Virus record (IMG/VR): IMGVR_UViG_3300018413_000024
Span: 1-29,900 of that record
Direction: 5' to 3' (one strand)
Source of the DNA: a virus
Lineage: Duplodnaviria > Caudoviricetes
Length of the DNA: 29,900 nt
In this document: in pieces, positions 1-8,794 of the stretch
How the letters are laid out: every line of letters starts with the position of its first letter
How positions within the stretch are numbered: the stretch's first letter is position 1
Position numbers and translations under genes: made by a program
Notes under the pieces: model-generated
Database searches by the model: none
Told to the model about the DNA's origin: nothing
The model's input: only the letters and a program-made list of their open reading frames with translations

Positions 1-327
1 AGGCTCGACCACAATCGTAGACGGGTCCACAGGATACGGGTGAGCATCCTTCACAGCCTGCACAGCATCCAACCAATCCTGCTCAGTCACCTCACCACGC
101 TGATAATCAAAGAACACAGGGTCAGACTCAGACTGGTATGCGGCCTGCCGTTGCTTCTGAACAGCCTCATAAGCCACCTCGTATTCGACCTGAGCCCACT
201 CAGCCTCCAACTCGGCAAGGGTAGGGGCTTCACCGTCAGACAACCAAGTCAGCCCACTGTAAGAGTCACCGTTGAGAGTCCACTCGGACCCTGGGTAACG
301 CCGTGAGAGTACCAGTGAAATATCCAT
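1..327 (-). CDS. Putative tail fibre assembly/chaperone-like protein (truncated by window edge)
   Basis: Not in the ORF track. ATG at 327 overlaps the upstream TAA (TAATG). Open to position 1: MDISLVLSRRYPGSEWTLNGDSYSGLTWLSD...DPVFFDYQRGEVTEQDWLDAVQAVKDAHPYP. Directly follows the fibre gene. Confidence 0.7.
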   Translation of the reverse strand, partial: MDISLVLSRRYPGSEWTLNGDSYSGLTWLSDGEAPTLAELEAEWAQVEYEVAYEAVQKQRQAAYQSESDPVFFDYQRGEVTEQDWLDAVQAVKDAHPYPVDPSTIVVEP

Positions 328-1268
328 TAGCCAGCCACCTCCATAAGAGTAATAGTTGACGTCGTGCGTTTAGTATCATTAGGGACCCAGCGATTTATAT
401 ACAACGTAGAGCCAGACTGGGCAAACACCTGCGCTGAATAAGTTAGGGTGCTAGTGCTCGAGGGTGAATCAAGATATGAAATTGACTCTGTGTGGTTGCC
501 GTAGGTTGCACCACTTGTCACGCTTAGACCACCGGAATTAGTGGCCGAGCCACCCGTGGAAACATTTAGAGCAGTACCATCACGAGCAATTTGTAGGTTT
601 CCTGTATTTCCAGCTTCCGGTGAAAACGCGCCAATAGTGACCAAAACCATGATTTTACTAGAGGTGGACCTTGGTGTAATCGAGGCGGTCAATCCCGTAA
701 TATCCACAGCCGTGGTGCTAGTCGTGCTGAAAATGTCAGTTTTTGCCGTGGACACAACCTGTAAAATACCGCCAGACCGCGACACCGCACCAATCCACGA
801 AGAAGCACCCCCACCAGGGTCAGTGTAATAAACATACATAGACCCATCAGTGTCATCCAACCACAGTTGCCCCTCATACCCTGTAGGTGCTGTGGACTGG
901 ACTGCTACAGACGGACCAGCAGCATCCACCCACTGAGAGCTATCGCCATCGTTGTAGTAGACAAACATTTTGCCGTCATCCGAATCCCACCACAGGTCAC
1001 CCTCGTCAGGGTCAGTCGGTGCGGTGGGCGAGATAGTGACCCCGCCACCGCCAGAGGTAAACTCTTGCCAAGCCGAGCCGTCATAGTAAGTCAGCAGGTC
1101 TGTTCCGGTGAGGAATGCGAACATACCCTCGGATGGGGAAGTAATAGCCGCATCTCTGGCAGTCGCATCAGCGAAAACCATTAGCGATTGTTGCATCAGG
1201 TAGGTGTCTACATCATTAGCGGTAAGAACCTCACCCGCTACAAAATCTTTGAAGCCTGCGCCAGCCAT
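327..1268 (-). CDS. Tail fibre / receptor-binding minor tail protein
   Basis: N-terminal F..GEVLTA anchor motif, two GxLW.D..DG.M.VYY repeats and a Ser/Thr-rich beta C-terminal domain. Lies after the tail hub gene. Confidence 0.75.
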   Translation of the reverse strand: MAGAGFKDFVAGEVLTANDVDTYLMQQSLMVFADATARDAAITSPSEGMFAFLTGTDLLTYYDGSAWQEFTSGGGGVTISPTAPTDPDEGDLWWDSDDGKMFVYYNDGDSSQWVDAAGPSVAVQSTAPTGYEGQLWLDDTDGSMYVYYTDPGGGASSWIGAVSRSGGILQVVSTAKTDIFSTTSTTAVDITGLTASITPRSTSSKIMVLVTIGAFSPEAGNTGNLQIARDGTALNVSTGGSATNSGGLSVTSGATYGNHTESISYLDSPSSTSTLTYSAQVFAQSGSTLYINRWVPNDTKRTTSTITLMEVAG

Positions 1269-1275
1269 TTTACTC

Positions 1276-2466
1276 CTAGAATCCTAAGTGGTCTGTATCC
1301 AGTTTACCGAACAAACTGTCATCGAGTACCAGGAACGTATAGTCAATTTGGGCAATACCTATAGTAATGTCGTGGCGAATCTGCTCGACCTCACTATCGA
1401 GCTTGATAACCTGCCCGTATTGGAGGATGGGGTCCCCGATTCCGTTGGGAGTGAACTTGACAAGAATGATGTCACCAAGCTCCAAGCCCAATACTGAAGT
1501 TTTGTCCCCGGCGCTCATAGTATCCAGGTTCATAGACAAAGACTCGATACGGTATTCCGGGTCCACATACTTGCCCAGAATGAAGTCGGCAATATTTTGC
1601 AACTGGTCTGTGGAGTTTACGAGAGTTTCAATCTCCTCAGCGACAACCCCATAAGTGACCCTGGACCGTTCACTTGTTGCGTTAGCTGAACCAGCAGACG
1701 AAGTGACCGTTACATCATTGACCAAAAGCTCAGTGCCGTACACGACCTGAACTGAAGTGTAGGGAATCCCTGTACCGTCATCGGCAAAAGTAATCAGACT
1801 ATCCGACCTGGGTGTGGCGTCACCACGGTCCTGGAACACCAGGTCGCCAGACTTTGAGATGAACAGATTACCCTGCTCTGAAGTATCCACTTTCTGGAGG
1901 TACTCAAGGGCGTTGCCCTCGAACACGTCAGCCCCGAGCGTAGAATCGCCCTCTGAGATGATTCTTTTGTCCACCGGCCATAGAACCCCGTCCATATCGA
2001 GAACGGCGCTTACACGGGCTCCTGTAGCTTGTGGGGTGGCTGTGCCGGGCGTGACGAGCTGTCGAGCGAGCGAAGTGAACTCATCCGTAGCCAAAATCTC
2101 AGCTTTTGACCTACCGCCTGGGTCGTAGTCAAAGTTCCAGTCGTCAATAAGACCCTCAAACTGGCGCACCCCATCTGTAGTGATTCTTAGCCCACGCCTT
2201 GGAACAATCTGACCGTAGTAGGGACCGCCAGTGTATAACGGGTCAAACGTGCGCTGTTCGTTGTTCAGGACAACCGAAACTGCACCTGACGAGAATCTAT
2301 CCAGGTCCCGTGACTTACCCCTGGCAATACTAAGCTCAATCATTTTGTCGGTAATATCCGACCAAACAACACCGTCAAGCGTATAGGTGGGATTGTCTAG
2401 GACACCAGCTATTGGGTCGTCAAGAATGAAACCGGATACGGACTGGAACTCAACTACGGTAGCCAT
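1276..2466 (-). CDS. Minor tail protein (baseplate hub-like)
   Basis: 396 aa directly downstream of the tape measure gene, TAATG-coupled. F.LDD...G.LD motif at both termini. Confidence 0.75.
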   Translation of the reverse strand: MATVVEFQSVSGFILDDPIAGVLDNPTYTLDGVVWSDITDKMIELSIARGKSRDLDRFSSGAVSVVLNNEQRTFDPLYTGGPYYGQIVPRRGLRITTDGVRQFEGLIDDWNFDYDPGGRSKAEILATDEFTSLARQLVTPGTATPQATGARVSAVLDMDGVLWPVDKRIISEGDSTLGADVFEGNALEYLQKVDTSEQGNLFISKSGDLVFQDRGDATPRSDSLITFADDGTGIPYTSVQVVYGTELLVNDVTVTSSAGSANATSERSRVTYGVVAEEIETLVNSTDQLQNIADFILGKYVDPEYRIESLSMNLDTMSAGDKTSVLGLELGDIILVKFTPNGIGDPILQYGQVIKLDSEVEQIRHDITIGIAQIDYTFLVLDDSLFGKLDTDHLGF

Positions 2467-4778
2467 TACGCTCTCGCAAAGACAGGACCAGACTGCCTCT
2501 CATACCGTTTGATTTCCTTGATAATCTGCTCCCCGATACGCTGACCGTCAGCTCCTAGCCCAGCGTTCACAGTAATGTTGTAGGTGGCTCCCATCCCGCG
2601 CCCACGGCTCAACGGCACAACTGCCTCGGGACCAGCTTCACCTATCATCGCCAGGGTTGGGTCAGATACGATACCACCCTCAGCTAGCTTGGGAATACTC
2701 ACGCGGGGCAAGCCCAGTTTGCCTATCTCTGGCACATTGAAGCCGATAGTGCGCTCCGGGGAATCCCCGATTGCCGGAATCGTTATAGACAAGCGGTTGA
2801 GGGCACGAATCATAAAGTTCACGCCAGAGATAATCGTATTGACGAATCCCTCAAACGTGCTAATCCATGAGTTGATGTAACCCTCAATAAGACCACCGAT
2901 GAAATTGAGGACCGCCTTGAACACATCCTTGATTCCATTCCAAGCTACCCCGATGAACTCCACAAGTGACCCAAATACGGCGGGCATAACTTCACCGAAC
3001 CAGTAGTCCCATAGCTCGCCAAAACCCTCAACAACTGAAGTGAAAAAAGCAAACACTTCACCAACTAGCTTGCGCCCGTACTCGGTATTAGTCAGAAACC
3101 AGATAAGTCCCGCAGTCAGAGCCGCAATCCCAGCAATAATCAAGCCGATTGGGTTAGCAATCAAAGCCAAACCAAAAGCCTTCACAGCCAAAACAGCTTT
3201 ACTCGTAGCCAAGTTGTGAGCAATAGTTGCGGCTGTACTGGCAACCAAGCTGGCTTTATGAGCAACCGTAGCGGCTACGTTCCTAAGCGTGGTCCCGTTC
3301 AGCAAGTTGCCTACGATGACACCCAGCTTCTGCGCTGTCGTGTTCGCGTAGGTTGCCCCGACAGCCCCATAAGTTGCCAAGCTGAACCCGAGCATCAAGC
3401 CCTGCCCGATAGCAAGCCCGGCACGAAGTAGAGCAAACGCCTTCACCGCCACGAATACGGTAGCACCAATCTTGACAAGCGACTCATCCGTACCCTCGAT
3501 GACCTTAGCCACAAACTCCACAATAGGAATGAGAGCCTGGAGAATCTCAACGAACAAAGGTATAGCCATCTCAGCTAGGTCCAGAATGACCGGCGCGAGC
3601 ACATCAAGCATTGTGTTGGCAATCTCCAACAACGGCGGGGCAAGTCGCACAAACGCATCTATCAGAATCGGGATGGCTTGGTCCATTAGTTGCTGGATAA
3701 CCGTCAAAAGTGTGGGCAATGCGGTTATCGCCATCAGAGCGAACAGGTCAGAGATTGACTTGACAATGGGGATTAGCGGGGGCAACTGACCAAGCATGTT
3801 CTGGAACGAAGTAACCAACGGTTGGAATACCGACACAGCTCCACCGGCGCGGTCCCGAAGCATCGTCATAAAGGTTACGAATGTGGCAATCGGGACAGAC
3901 AGGTTGCGAACGAACTCAACCAGTTCATCCAGTCTGGGGTTCAGGAACTTGCCGATAGTTTCACCGACACTCTTAGCCATCTCCTCAACCGGACCTAAGC
4001 CCTCAATGGCGGCACGAAAAAACTCACCAAACTGGTCGTAGATGGGACCAATCAGGTTAGCCCCGACACGCTGGATTGCGGCTAGAGTATTCGCAAACGC
4101 GCCAGAGGTAGAGTCACCCATCTTGAGTGCGGCTCCACCAATCTTATTCTCCAGAGCATCCTGAAGAATGTCACCAGTGACAGCTCCGGCAGAGGCAAGC
4201 TCAAAGATTGCTTCCTCAGAAACACCCATCTCCTCAGCGAGCATCTGGAAGATTGGAAGCCCACGGTCCGCCAACTGCTGAAGCTCAACGCGGGTAGCTT
4301 TACCACTAGTCGTAACCTTGCCCATAATGGACTGAATCTCGGTCAGCGGTCTACCCGTGATTGCGGCTGTATCCGCCAGGATAGACAGGGTACGGGTCAG
4401 TTCCTCACCAGGTTTGACACCTGCCGCAACTGCTTGTGCCGCAATAGTTGCCGCATCCCCTAGCCCAAACGCGGTCCCCTTCACAGAGGCAAGCGCAGAA
4501 TCCATAATGTTCTCGATGGACTCAGCCTCATGCCCCAAACCTTTGAGCATAAACGTGGCTTGCTCAATCTGCTGAAGTCTTTGGAATCCCTTGGTGACTG
4601 CGAAGCTCAGACCAGCTACCGCTGTCGTGGCGGCAGTTGCCGCAACAACCATTCCGGTCCCGATGACCTTATTCAGCAGGTTGGAGCGTTGCTCGAATCC
4701 AACGATGGCACGCTGAGCGTTGTCCAAGCCCTTCAGGTCTGACTTGTAGACAATGGGTATAGTTATGCCCTTAGCCAC
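2466..4778 (-). CDS. Tape measure protein
   Basis: 770 aa, Ala/Gly-rich and helical. N-terminal tape-measure domain (VKGTAFGL, ELQQLADRGLPI), hydrophobic repeats, C-terminal LAEGGIV..PTLAMIGEAGPEAVVPL. Confidence 0.95.
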   Translation of the reverse strand: MAKGITIPIVYKSDLKGLDNAQRAIVGFEQRSNLLNKVIGTGMVVAATAATTAVAGLSFAVTKGFQRLQQIEQATFMLKGLGHEAESIENIMDSALASVKGTAFGLGDAATIAAQAVAAGVKPGEELTRTLSILADTAAITGRPLTEIQSIMGKVTTSGKATRVELQQLADRGLPIFQMLAEEMGVSEEAIFELASAGAVTGDILQDALENKIGGAALKMGDSTSGAFANTLAAIQRVGANLIGPIYDQFGEFFRAAIEGLGPVEEMAKSVGETIGKFLNPRLDELVEFVRNLSVPIATFVTFMTMLRDRAGGAVSVFQPLVTSFQNMLGQLPPLIPIVKSISDLFALMAITALPTLLTVIQQLMDQAIPILIDAFVRLAPPLLEIANTMLDVLAPVILDLAEMAIPLFVEILQALIPIVEFVAKVIEGTDESLVKIGATVFVAVKAFALLRAGLAIGQGLMLGFSLATYGAVGATYANTTAQKLGVIVGNLLNGTTLRNVAATVAHKASLVASTAATIAHNLATSKAVLAVKAFGLALIANPIGLIIAGIAALTAGLIWFLTNTEYGRKLVGEVFAFFTSVVEGFGELWDYWFGEVMPAVFGSLVEFIGVAWNGIKDVFKAVLNFIGGLIEGYINSWISTFEGFVNTIISGVNFMIRALNRLSITIPAIGDSPERTIGFNVPEIGKLGLPRVSIPKLAEGGIVSDPTLAMIGEAGPEAVVPLSRGRGMGATYNITVNAGLGADGQRIGEQIIKEIKRYERQSGPVFARA

Positions 4779-5292
4779 TGATACGCCTCTCGGTTATCTC
4801 CGCGAACTCATTGATTGTCTTCTCAATAAAGTGAATCATCTCGCCACGCCGACTGATGTATTGTTGCCATACGAAACGCCCAGCCTTCTGGTTGGGGTTA
4901 CGGAATCGCCGGTTCAGTTCCTGGATGAGAGCCTCACCCTGAGTGGTCCGAACATAAGTGCCCTTGGTCCCGGCTAGGTCCGCAATCTTGACTGCCGCCT
5001 TGTTCTGCCCACGCCCGAATACCTCGATACGAGCCAAAGACTTGCGAGAGCTAGGAGTGACGTAAGCCGTTGCCTTGACTGACGTTGGCCAGGCGGTCCG
5101 ACCACCGTGCCCGCCGAATCCCGATAAGGGCGGGTTGGCGTTACGGTTTATCCAGCCCTGAATCTGGTCAGCGAACGGTTGTAGGTCAGTCTTGAGTTCC
5201 TTGACAAAATACTTACGCAGATTGGGGTCAAGTTGCTTCATTTCGGATACGAGCTTTTTCATCTCGCTTGTATCCACGTGCGCTGTTAGCAT
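4771..5292 (-). CDS. Putative HK97 gp10-like tail completion protein
   Basis: Basic 173 aa protein in the tail module with an N-terminal helix and C-terminal GRFVW motif. Family call is by resemblance only. Confidence 0.5.
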   Translation of the reverse strand: MLTAHVDTSEMKKLVSEMKQLDPNLRKYFVKELKTDLQPFADQIQGWINRNANPPLSGFGGHGGRTAWPTSVKATAYVTPSSRKSLARIEVFGRGQNKAAVKIADLAGTKGTYVRTTQGEALIQELNRRFRNPNQKAGRFVWQQYISRRGEMIHFIEKTINEFAEITERRISG

Positions 5293-5312
5293 GACTCACC
5301 CCTACAACCAGT

Positions 5313-5474
5313 CTACCGCTTGCGGTTCTGATTCTGGCTTCTATGTATTAGGTAGCGAGCCATTGTCCATAGCATCCTGGGCTCTAACGCCATCAGCTCA
5401 CGGGGACTTATCCCGGTTTCAACTGAGATGACTGCTAACTGCCAATGTACGCTAGAGTCACCCAGGCCAGCTAT
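5313..5474 (-). CDS. Tail assembly chaperone, frameshifted (gpGT-type) extension
   Basis: The -1 frame after A AAA AAA is open for 53 codons: IAGLGDSSVHWQLAVISVETGISPRELMALEPRMLWTMARYLIHRSQNQNRKR-stop. It has no start codon near its beginning. Confidence 0.85.
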   Translation of the reverse strand: MAGLGDSSVHWQLAVISVETGISPRELMALEPRMLWTMARYLIHRSQNQNRKR

Positions 5475-5722
5475 TTTTTTGCTTCTGCTTCCGTGACGAT
5501 ATTGACCGACTCAATCCACTTGTCGAACTCATCCTTGGTTTCCCCAGTGCGCTTGAGGACATGCCAAGCAATGAAGAACAAGTGGGTCAGTCGCACCTCG
5601 GACTGAAGTCTGGCTACGCTCAAGTCAAACTTGCTCTCGAACGCAACCAGGTCAGCCGCAATCGCGGTCACTACCTTTTCTGAACCGTCAGTAAAGATTA
5701 CTCGTAGGTCAAATGGGTTCAT
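5471..5722 (-). CDS. Tail assembly chaperone (gpG-type)
   Basis: 83 aa between major tail and tape measure genes, ending GCA AAA AAA TAG. Confidence 0.85.
   Translation of the reverse strand: MNPFDLRVIFTDGSEKVVTAIAADLVAFESKFDLSVARLQSEVRLTHLFFIAWHVLKRTGETKDEFDKWIESVNIVTEAEAKK
5474..5480 (-). promoter_or_regulatory. -1 programmed ribosomal frameshift heptamer A AAA AAA
   Basis: Seven A in X XXY YYZ phase directly before the TAG, at the canonical position for tail chaperone frameshifts. Confidence 0.85.
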
Positions 5723-5723
5723 T

Positions 5724-6131
5724 TTAGGACTCAGCCCTTACCACAGCTCCTGTAACGGGCCAGGAAACTGAGAGGGTCGCTAGGTCCCCGACAGACGATG
5801 CAAACGGCTGATACTCCGTCACAAGCGCGCTGAAGGTGTAAGTGGGGTTCGTAGCGGAAGTCGCATCGCTGGTCGGCTTGATTACGATTTCCACCGTAGT
5901 ACCAAGCAGAGGCCAGAGAGTAGCGTCCACGGAGCTGGCACCAAAGTCTTGGTGAAAGTCCAAGGATACCGACCCATCTTTGAGCCCGCCAATGCGCTCA
6001 CGCCAGGAGTCACCAAAGCTGGTGGTTTCTTGCTCCTCAGCGTTTACGTCAAGGGTCACAGAGGCAAGGCTGGTGCTAAAGTCATCCCCACCTACAGTGA
6101 TGTTGTAATCTGTTGCGACAAACTTTGCCAC
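5724..6131 (-). CDS. Major tail (tube) protein
   Basis: ETTSFGD.WRERIGGLKDGSVSLDF and VGDLATLSVSWPVTG motifs. GTG at 6131 fits AGGAG spacing better than ATG at 6137. Confidence 0.85.
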   Translation of the reverse strand: MAKFVATDYNITVGGDDFSTSLASVTLDVNAEEQETTSFGDSWRERIGGLKDGSVSLDFHQDFGASSVDATLWPLLGTTVEIVIKPTSDATSATNPTYTFSALVTEYQPFASSVGDLATLSVSWPVTGAVVRAES

Positions 6132-6140
6132 AGTCATCTC

Positions 6141-6545
6141 CTAATCTGCGTATACTGTCACCGCATAGTCTGCGGCAAGGTACATTACCTCTCCCAATGA
6201 TACCGTACCGTAGTTGCTCATTTCAGTTACACGCACATCATAAGCAGACCCGCCCAAAGTCTTATCTGACTCGATAGCAGACTTGACTGAGCTGGCACCT
6301 TCATCGGAAGTGTATTCATCTAGCTTGGCTTGAGCCCTACGCTCTGAAGCCCGGGAAGCTAGCAAGGTGATAGTAAAACGGTAGATAGTCATTCCACGCT
6401 GGAACGCCTCATCGTAGCTCACGGTTTCCAAAGCAATAATGGCGATAGGTGGGCTCGGGTTATCGGGGATGTCAATGGAAGTCCGCAACCCGCTGATAGT
6501 CGCCAGGTTGGTGGCTAACCCATTCCGTAGGTCAGCTATGCTCAC
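6141..6545 (-). CDS. Tail terminator / tail completion protein
   Basis: 134 aa directly upstream of the major tail gene. LATISGLR, PPIA and SVKSAIESDKTLGG motifs. Confidence 0.7.
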   Translation of the reverse strand: MSIADLRNGLATNLATISGLRTSIDIPDNPSPPIAIIALETVSYDEAFQRGMTIYRFTITLLASRASERRAQAKLDEYTSDEGASSVKSAIESDKTLGGSAYDVRVTEMSNYGTVSLGEVMYLAADYAVTVYAD

Positions 6546-7153
6546 GCGAAACTCACTTTACGGAACGGCATAAGCATTGACTCAATGTCCGGGTCTATAC
6601 GGGAGACGCGCATCGCGCCGATATCCCCGAACCCTGCGATTCCTAGCGGGGAGTCATAACGCTTGAACTGGCGCATGGAGTAAAGTATGCAAGCCTGGTT
6701 GATAGCGTCAGGAATACTAGCCCAACCCCAGGTCCCAGTCACCCTAACGGTGGCTTCATAATGGTTCACGTTATTGAACTCCCAGATTGGGAATACATAA
6801 TCGCCCACAGCCCGAATGCGAGTAAATGGTGTGCTGATGCCACCGGCTTTGCCGTTGAGTGGCTCTAGTTGATAGTCATTCGCAGTCCAAGTGTCTGAGA
6901 ATGTTTCGCCATCGGGTGAGGTTTCCAGCAAGGTCAGACTTTGTAGGTCGTCAATGTCTGCCAAGAATGAATCGGTGGGCAGGAACAACCGGGTGGCTGA
7001 ACCCTCATCGTAGAACCGGCGCTCACAGTATCCGTCAATCGCACGACTGGATGAGTTGATAGCGGTTTCGAGCAGAGCGTCATCCACGTTATCAGTGATG
7101 CGGAGAGCACCCTTGAGTTCCGCCAAAGTACAGTAGCCGTTGGTTATCGCCAT
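6542..7153 (-). CDS. Head-tail adaptor (gp6-like connector)
   Basis: YCTLAELK..LRI...DD.LL..AI..SRAIDGYC.R.F N-terminus and GW..IP.AI.QAC C-terminus. Follows the capsid gene. Confidence 0.85.
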   Translation of the reverse strand: MAITNGYCTLAELKGALRITDNVDDALLETAINSSSRAIDGYCERRFYDEGSATRLFLPTDSFLADIDDLQSLTLLETSPDGETFSDTWTANDYQLEPLNGKAGGISTPFTRIRAVGDYVFPIWEFNNVNHYEATVRVTGTWGWASIPDAINQACILYSMRQFKRYDSPLGIAGFGDIGAMRVSRIDPDIESMLMPFRKVSFA

Positions 7154-7159
7154 GACACC

Positions 7160-7165
7160 ATTCTA
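7160..7165 (-). promoter_or_regulatory. -10 box TAGAAT, probable leaderless promoter of the adaptor gene
   Basis: TAGAAT, 6 nt, then ATG(7153), with no Shine-Dalgarno. Sits just after the capsid terminator. Confidence 0.6.
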
Positions 7166-7169
7166 GCTG

Positions 7170-7214
7170 AAAAAGAGGTATCCCCTGGGATGACCTACAA
7201 CCCCAGGGGATACC
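7170..7214 (-). terminator. Intrinsic terminator after the major capsid gene
   Basis: Perfect 13-bp stem GGTATCCCCTGGG/CCCAGGGGATACC (7177-7189, 7202-7214) followed by TCTTTTT on the minus strand. Confidence 0.85.
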
Positions 7215-7230
7215 AGCTTTGATTGTTGGG

Positions 7231-8412
7231 TTAGCTTGCGCCTCCAACGAAGTGACGCACGTGCGAAGCGTGAGTCAGGTCGCCATCTACGCGAATCAGG
7301 AAGCGGTAAGTAACCACGTCCGTGTTGAAAGCGTAGTCGGCAGAGGAAGCCACCTGGAGTCCACCAGCAAGGCGAACCTTGTAGCTGGGGAAGTGACCGA
7401 ACAGAACCGACTTGGCGTCAATCGCAGGTGCGGCAATGTTGGGGTTCTCAATGACGGGGAATCCGAGAATGGTGTCAGGTCCGCCAACTACAGGGTCGTA
7501 GATGTAGCGGTTGTCGCCATCCTTGAGTTTCCGCATTGCGCCCATTGCCGTACCGGAAGCCATGAAGCCAGTTCCGGGCAGACGGCGAACGAGTCCATCA
7601 ACACCGTTGTAAGCCAGGTCAATCAGGTTGTCAGCGGTGAAGGCACCGGTCACGCCGGTTCCACCCACGACACCTTCAGACGAAGCAGTCACGATACCGT
7701 TGGGCTTTGAAGAACCGTCACCCGTGGTGAGTGCGGCGTTCACAGCAGTTCCGATACCGTTACCAGCCTGACCTGCCAAGTGTGACTCAATGTCGAATCC
7801 GGCGTCAGAGATAAGCTCAGAAGCAACAGGAATCAACAGACCATACTTGTAAGCGCCAAGCGTGATGCTGGAGTATGTGGGCTCTGACTCGTCCAGGGCA
7901 GTACCGGCACCCTTGAGGGTTGCGGCGCTGTAGGCGGTCAGGGTTGGGATAGTGAGGTCCTCACCGGATGCGGTACGGATAACGTCAGAAACGCCTCCAT
8001 CGAGCATCGGTCCAACCAAACGTGCTACATCGAACACCTGGTCAAAGAATGACTTGGGTACGGTGTTAGCAGACGGGACCAAAGTCGCACGCTGTTCAGC
8101 GCCGAAAGTGTGGTCACGCATTTCTCCCAAAGCAATGCTACGCAGGATGTCACCAGCGGTACGGTCTTCAGACCGCTCAGCGGGTGCGAATCCCTTGGAT
8201 GCTTCAGCGACCTCACGGGCACGTTCCTCGTTGCGCTTAGCTACCTCAATAGCTTCATCGGCACGGCGGATGTCACCCTCAATGCGGTCAATCTTCTCAA
8301 TCTCAGCAGAGTCGAGCCCACGGCTCTCAGACTCAGCACCATCGATGACCTCACGGATTTGCGAAGTAAGGTTGGCGCGGAGTTCCTGCTGAGTCTTTAC
8401 GAACTCAGACAA
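7231..8412 (-). CDS. Major capsid protein, HK97 family
   Basis: N-terminal coiled-coil delta domain, then TGDGSSKPNGI, RKLKDGDNRYI, LFGHFPSY and RVDG motifs. TTG at 8412 follows GGAG (track start 8424). Confidence 0.95.
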   Translation of the reverse strand: MSEFVKTQQELRANLTSQIREVIDGAESESRGLDSAEIEKIDRIEGDIRRADEAIEVAKRNEERAREVAEASKGFAPAERSEDRTAGDILRSIALGEMRDHTFGAEQRATLVPSANTVPKSFFDQVFDVARLVGPMLDGGVSDVIRTASGEDLTIPTLTAYSAATLKGAGTALDESEPTYSSITLGAYKYGLLIPVASELISDAGFDIESHLAGQAGNGIGTAVNAALTTGDGSSKPNGIVTASSEGVVGGTGVTGAFTADNLIDLAYNGVDGLVRRLPGTGFMASGTAMGAMRKLKDGDNRYIYDPVVGGPDTILGFPVIENPNIAAPAIDAKSVLFGHFPSYKVRLAGGLQVASSADYAFNTDVVTYRFLIRVDGDLTHASHVRHFVGGAS

Positions 8413-8508
8413 TGTAATCTCCAATGTGTTGGTTTACTAGGGTTTGCCCAGGGTGGTTCCACTCACTGACGCTGGTCGGCAGAGCACACTCACGATTCCG
8501 ACATACCT

Positions 8509-8517
8509 AGTCTAGCA
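8509..8517 (-). promoter_or_regulatory. Extended -10 promoter TGC-TAGACT for the capsid gene
   Basis: TGn-TAnnnT about 97 nt upstream of the capsid start. An own promoter is expected because an opposite-strand island separates capsid from protease. Confidence 0.6.
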
Positions 8518-8574
8518 GGATGACCTCAAAATGTGCGGCTCCAGAGCCCTTTAGAATCGCGGGGTCTAGGGTCC

Positions 8575-8603
8575 TAGACAATCGGGGACTTAAGGACTAG
8601 ACT
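8575..8603 (+). promoter_or_regulatory. Sigma70-type promoter of the plus-strand island
   Basis: TAGACA (8575-8580), 17-nt spacer, TAGACT (8598-8603). Confidence 0.7.
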
Positions 8604-8698
8604 TAAGGGACCGCGTTGCTCCTGGCTAGTGAAGGTGACAGTGAAGCTACTGACCGAGTGACTGCGAATGGATACTGAAAACTACAGAGTGACTGAAT

Positions 8699-8725
8699 GA
8701 CTGACTGGCCTGCTGGATGGCTCGC
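8699..8725 (+). repeat. Long-range inverted repeat A, left arm (pairs with 9440-9466)
   Basis: GACTGACTGGCCTGCTGGATGGCTCGC. Against the right arm: 24/27 Watson-Crick, 1 G.U, 2 U.U. Confidence 0.95.
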
Positions 8726-8741
8726 TCCTCGTATCTACGAT

Positions 8742-8771
8742 GACCGGGTTGCCTGCTGGCTGTCCATCCTC
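8742..8771 (+). repeat. Long-range inverted repeat B, left arm (pairs with 9044-9073)
   Basis: GACCGGGTTGCCTGCTGGCTGTCCATCCTC. Against the right arm: 27/30 Watson-Crick, 1 G.U, 2 U.U. Confidence 0.95.
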
Positions 8772-8794
8772 CTACAAAACTGGAGGTACTGATT

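Noticed and set aside
40-8469. Plus-strand ORFs across the tail and capsid region
   Set aside because: Antisense shadows of well-supported minus-strand genes, with no recognisable motifs.
8650-8790. ACTGA / CTGCTGG repeats as a CRISPR or mini-array
   Set aside because: No identical repeats at regular spacing with unique spacers and no cas genes. The pattern is explained by the paired stems.
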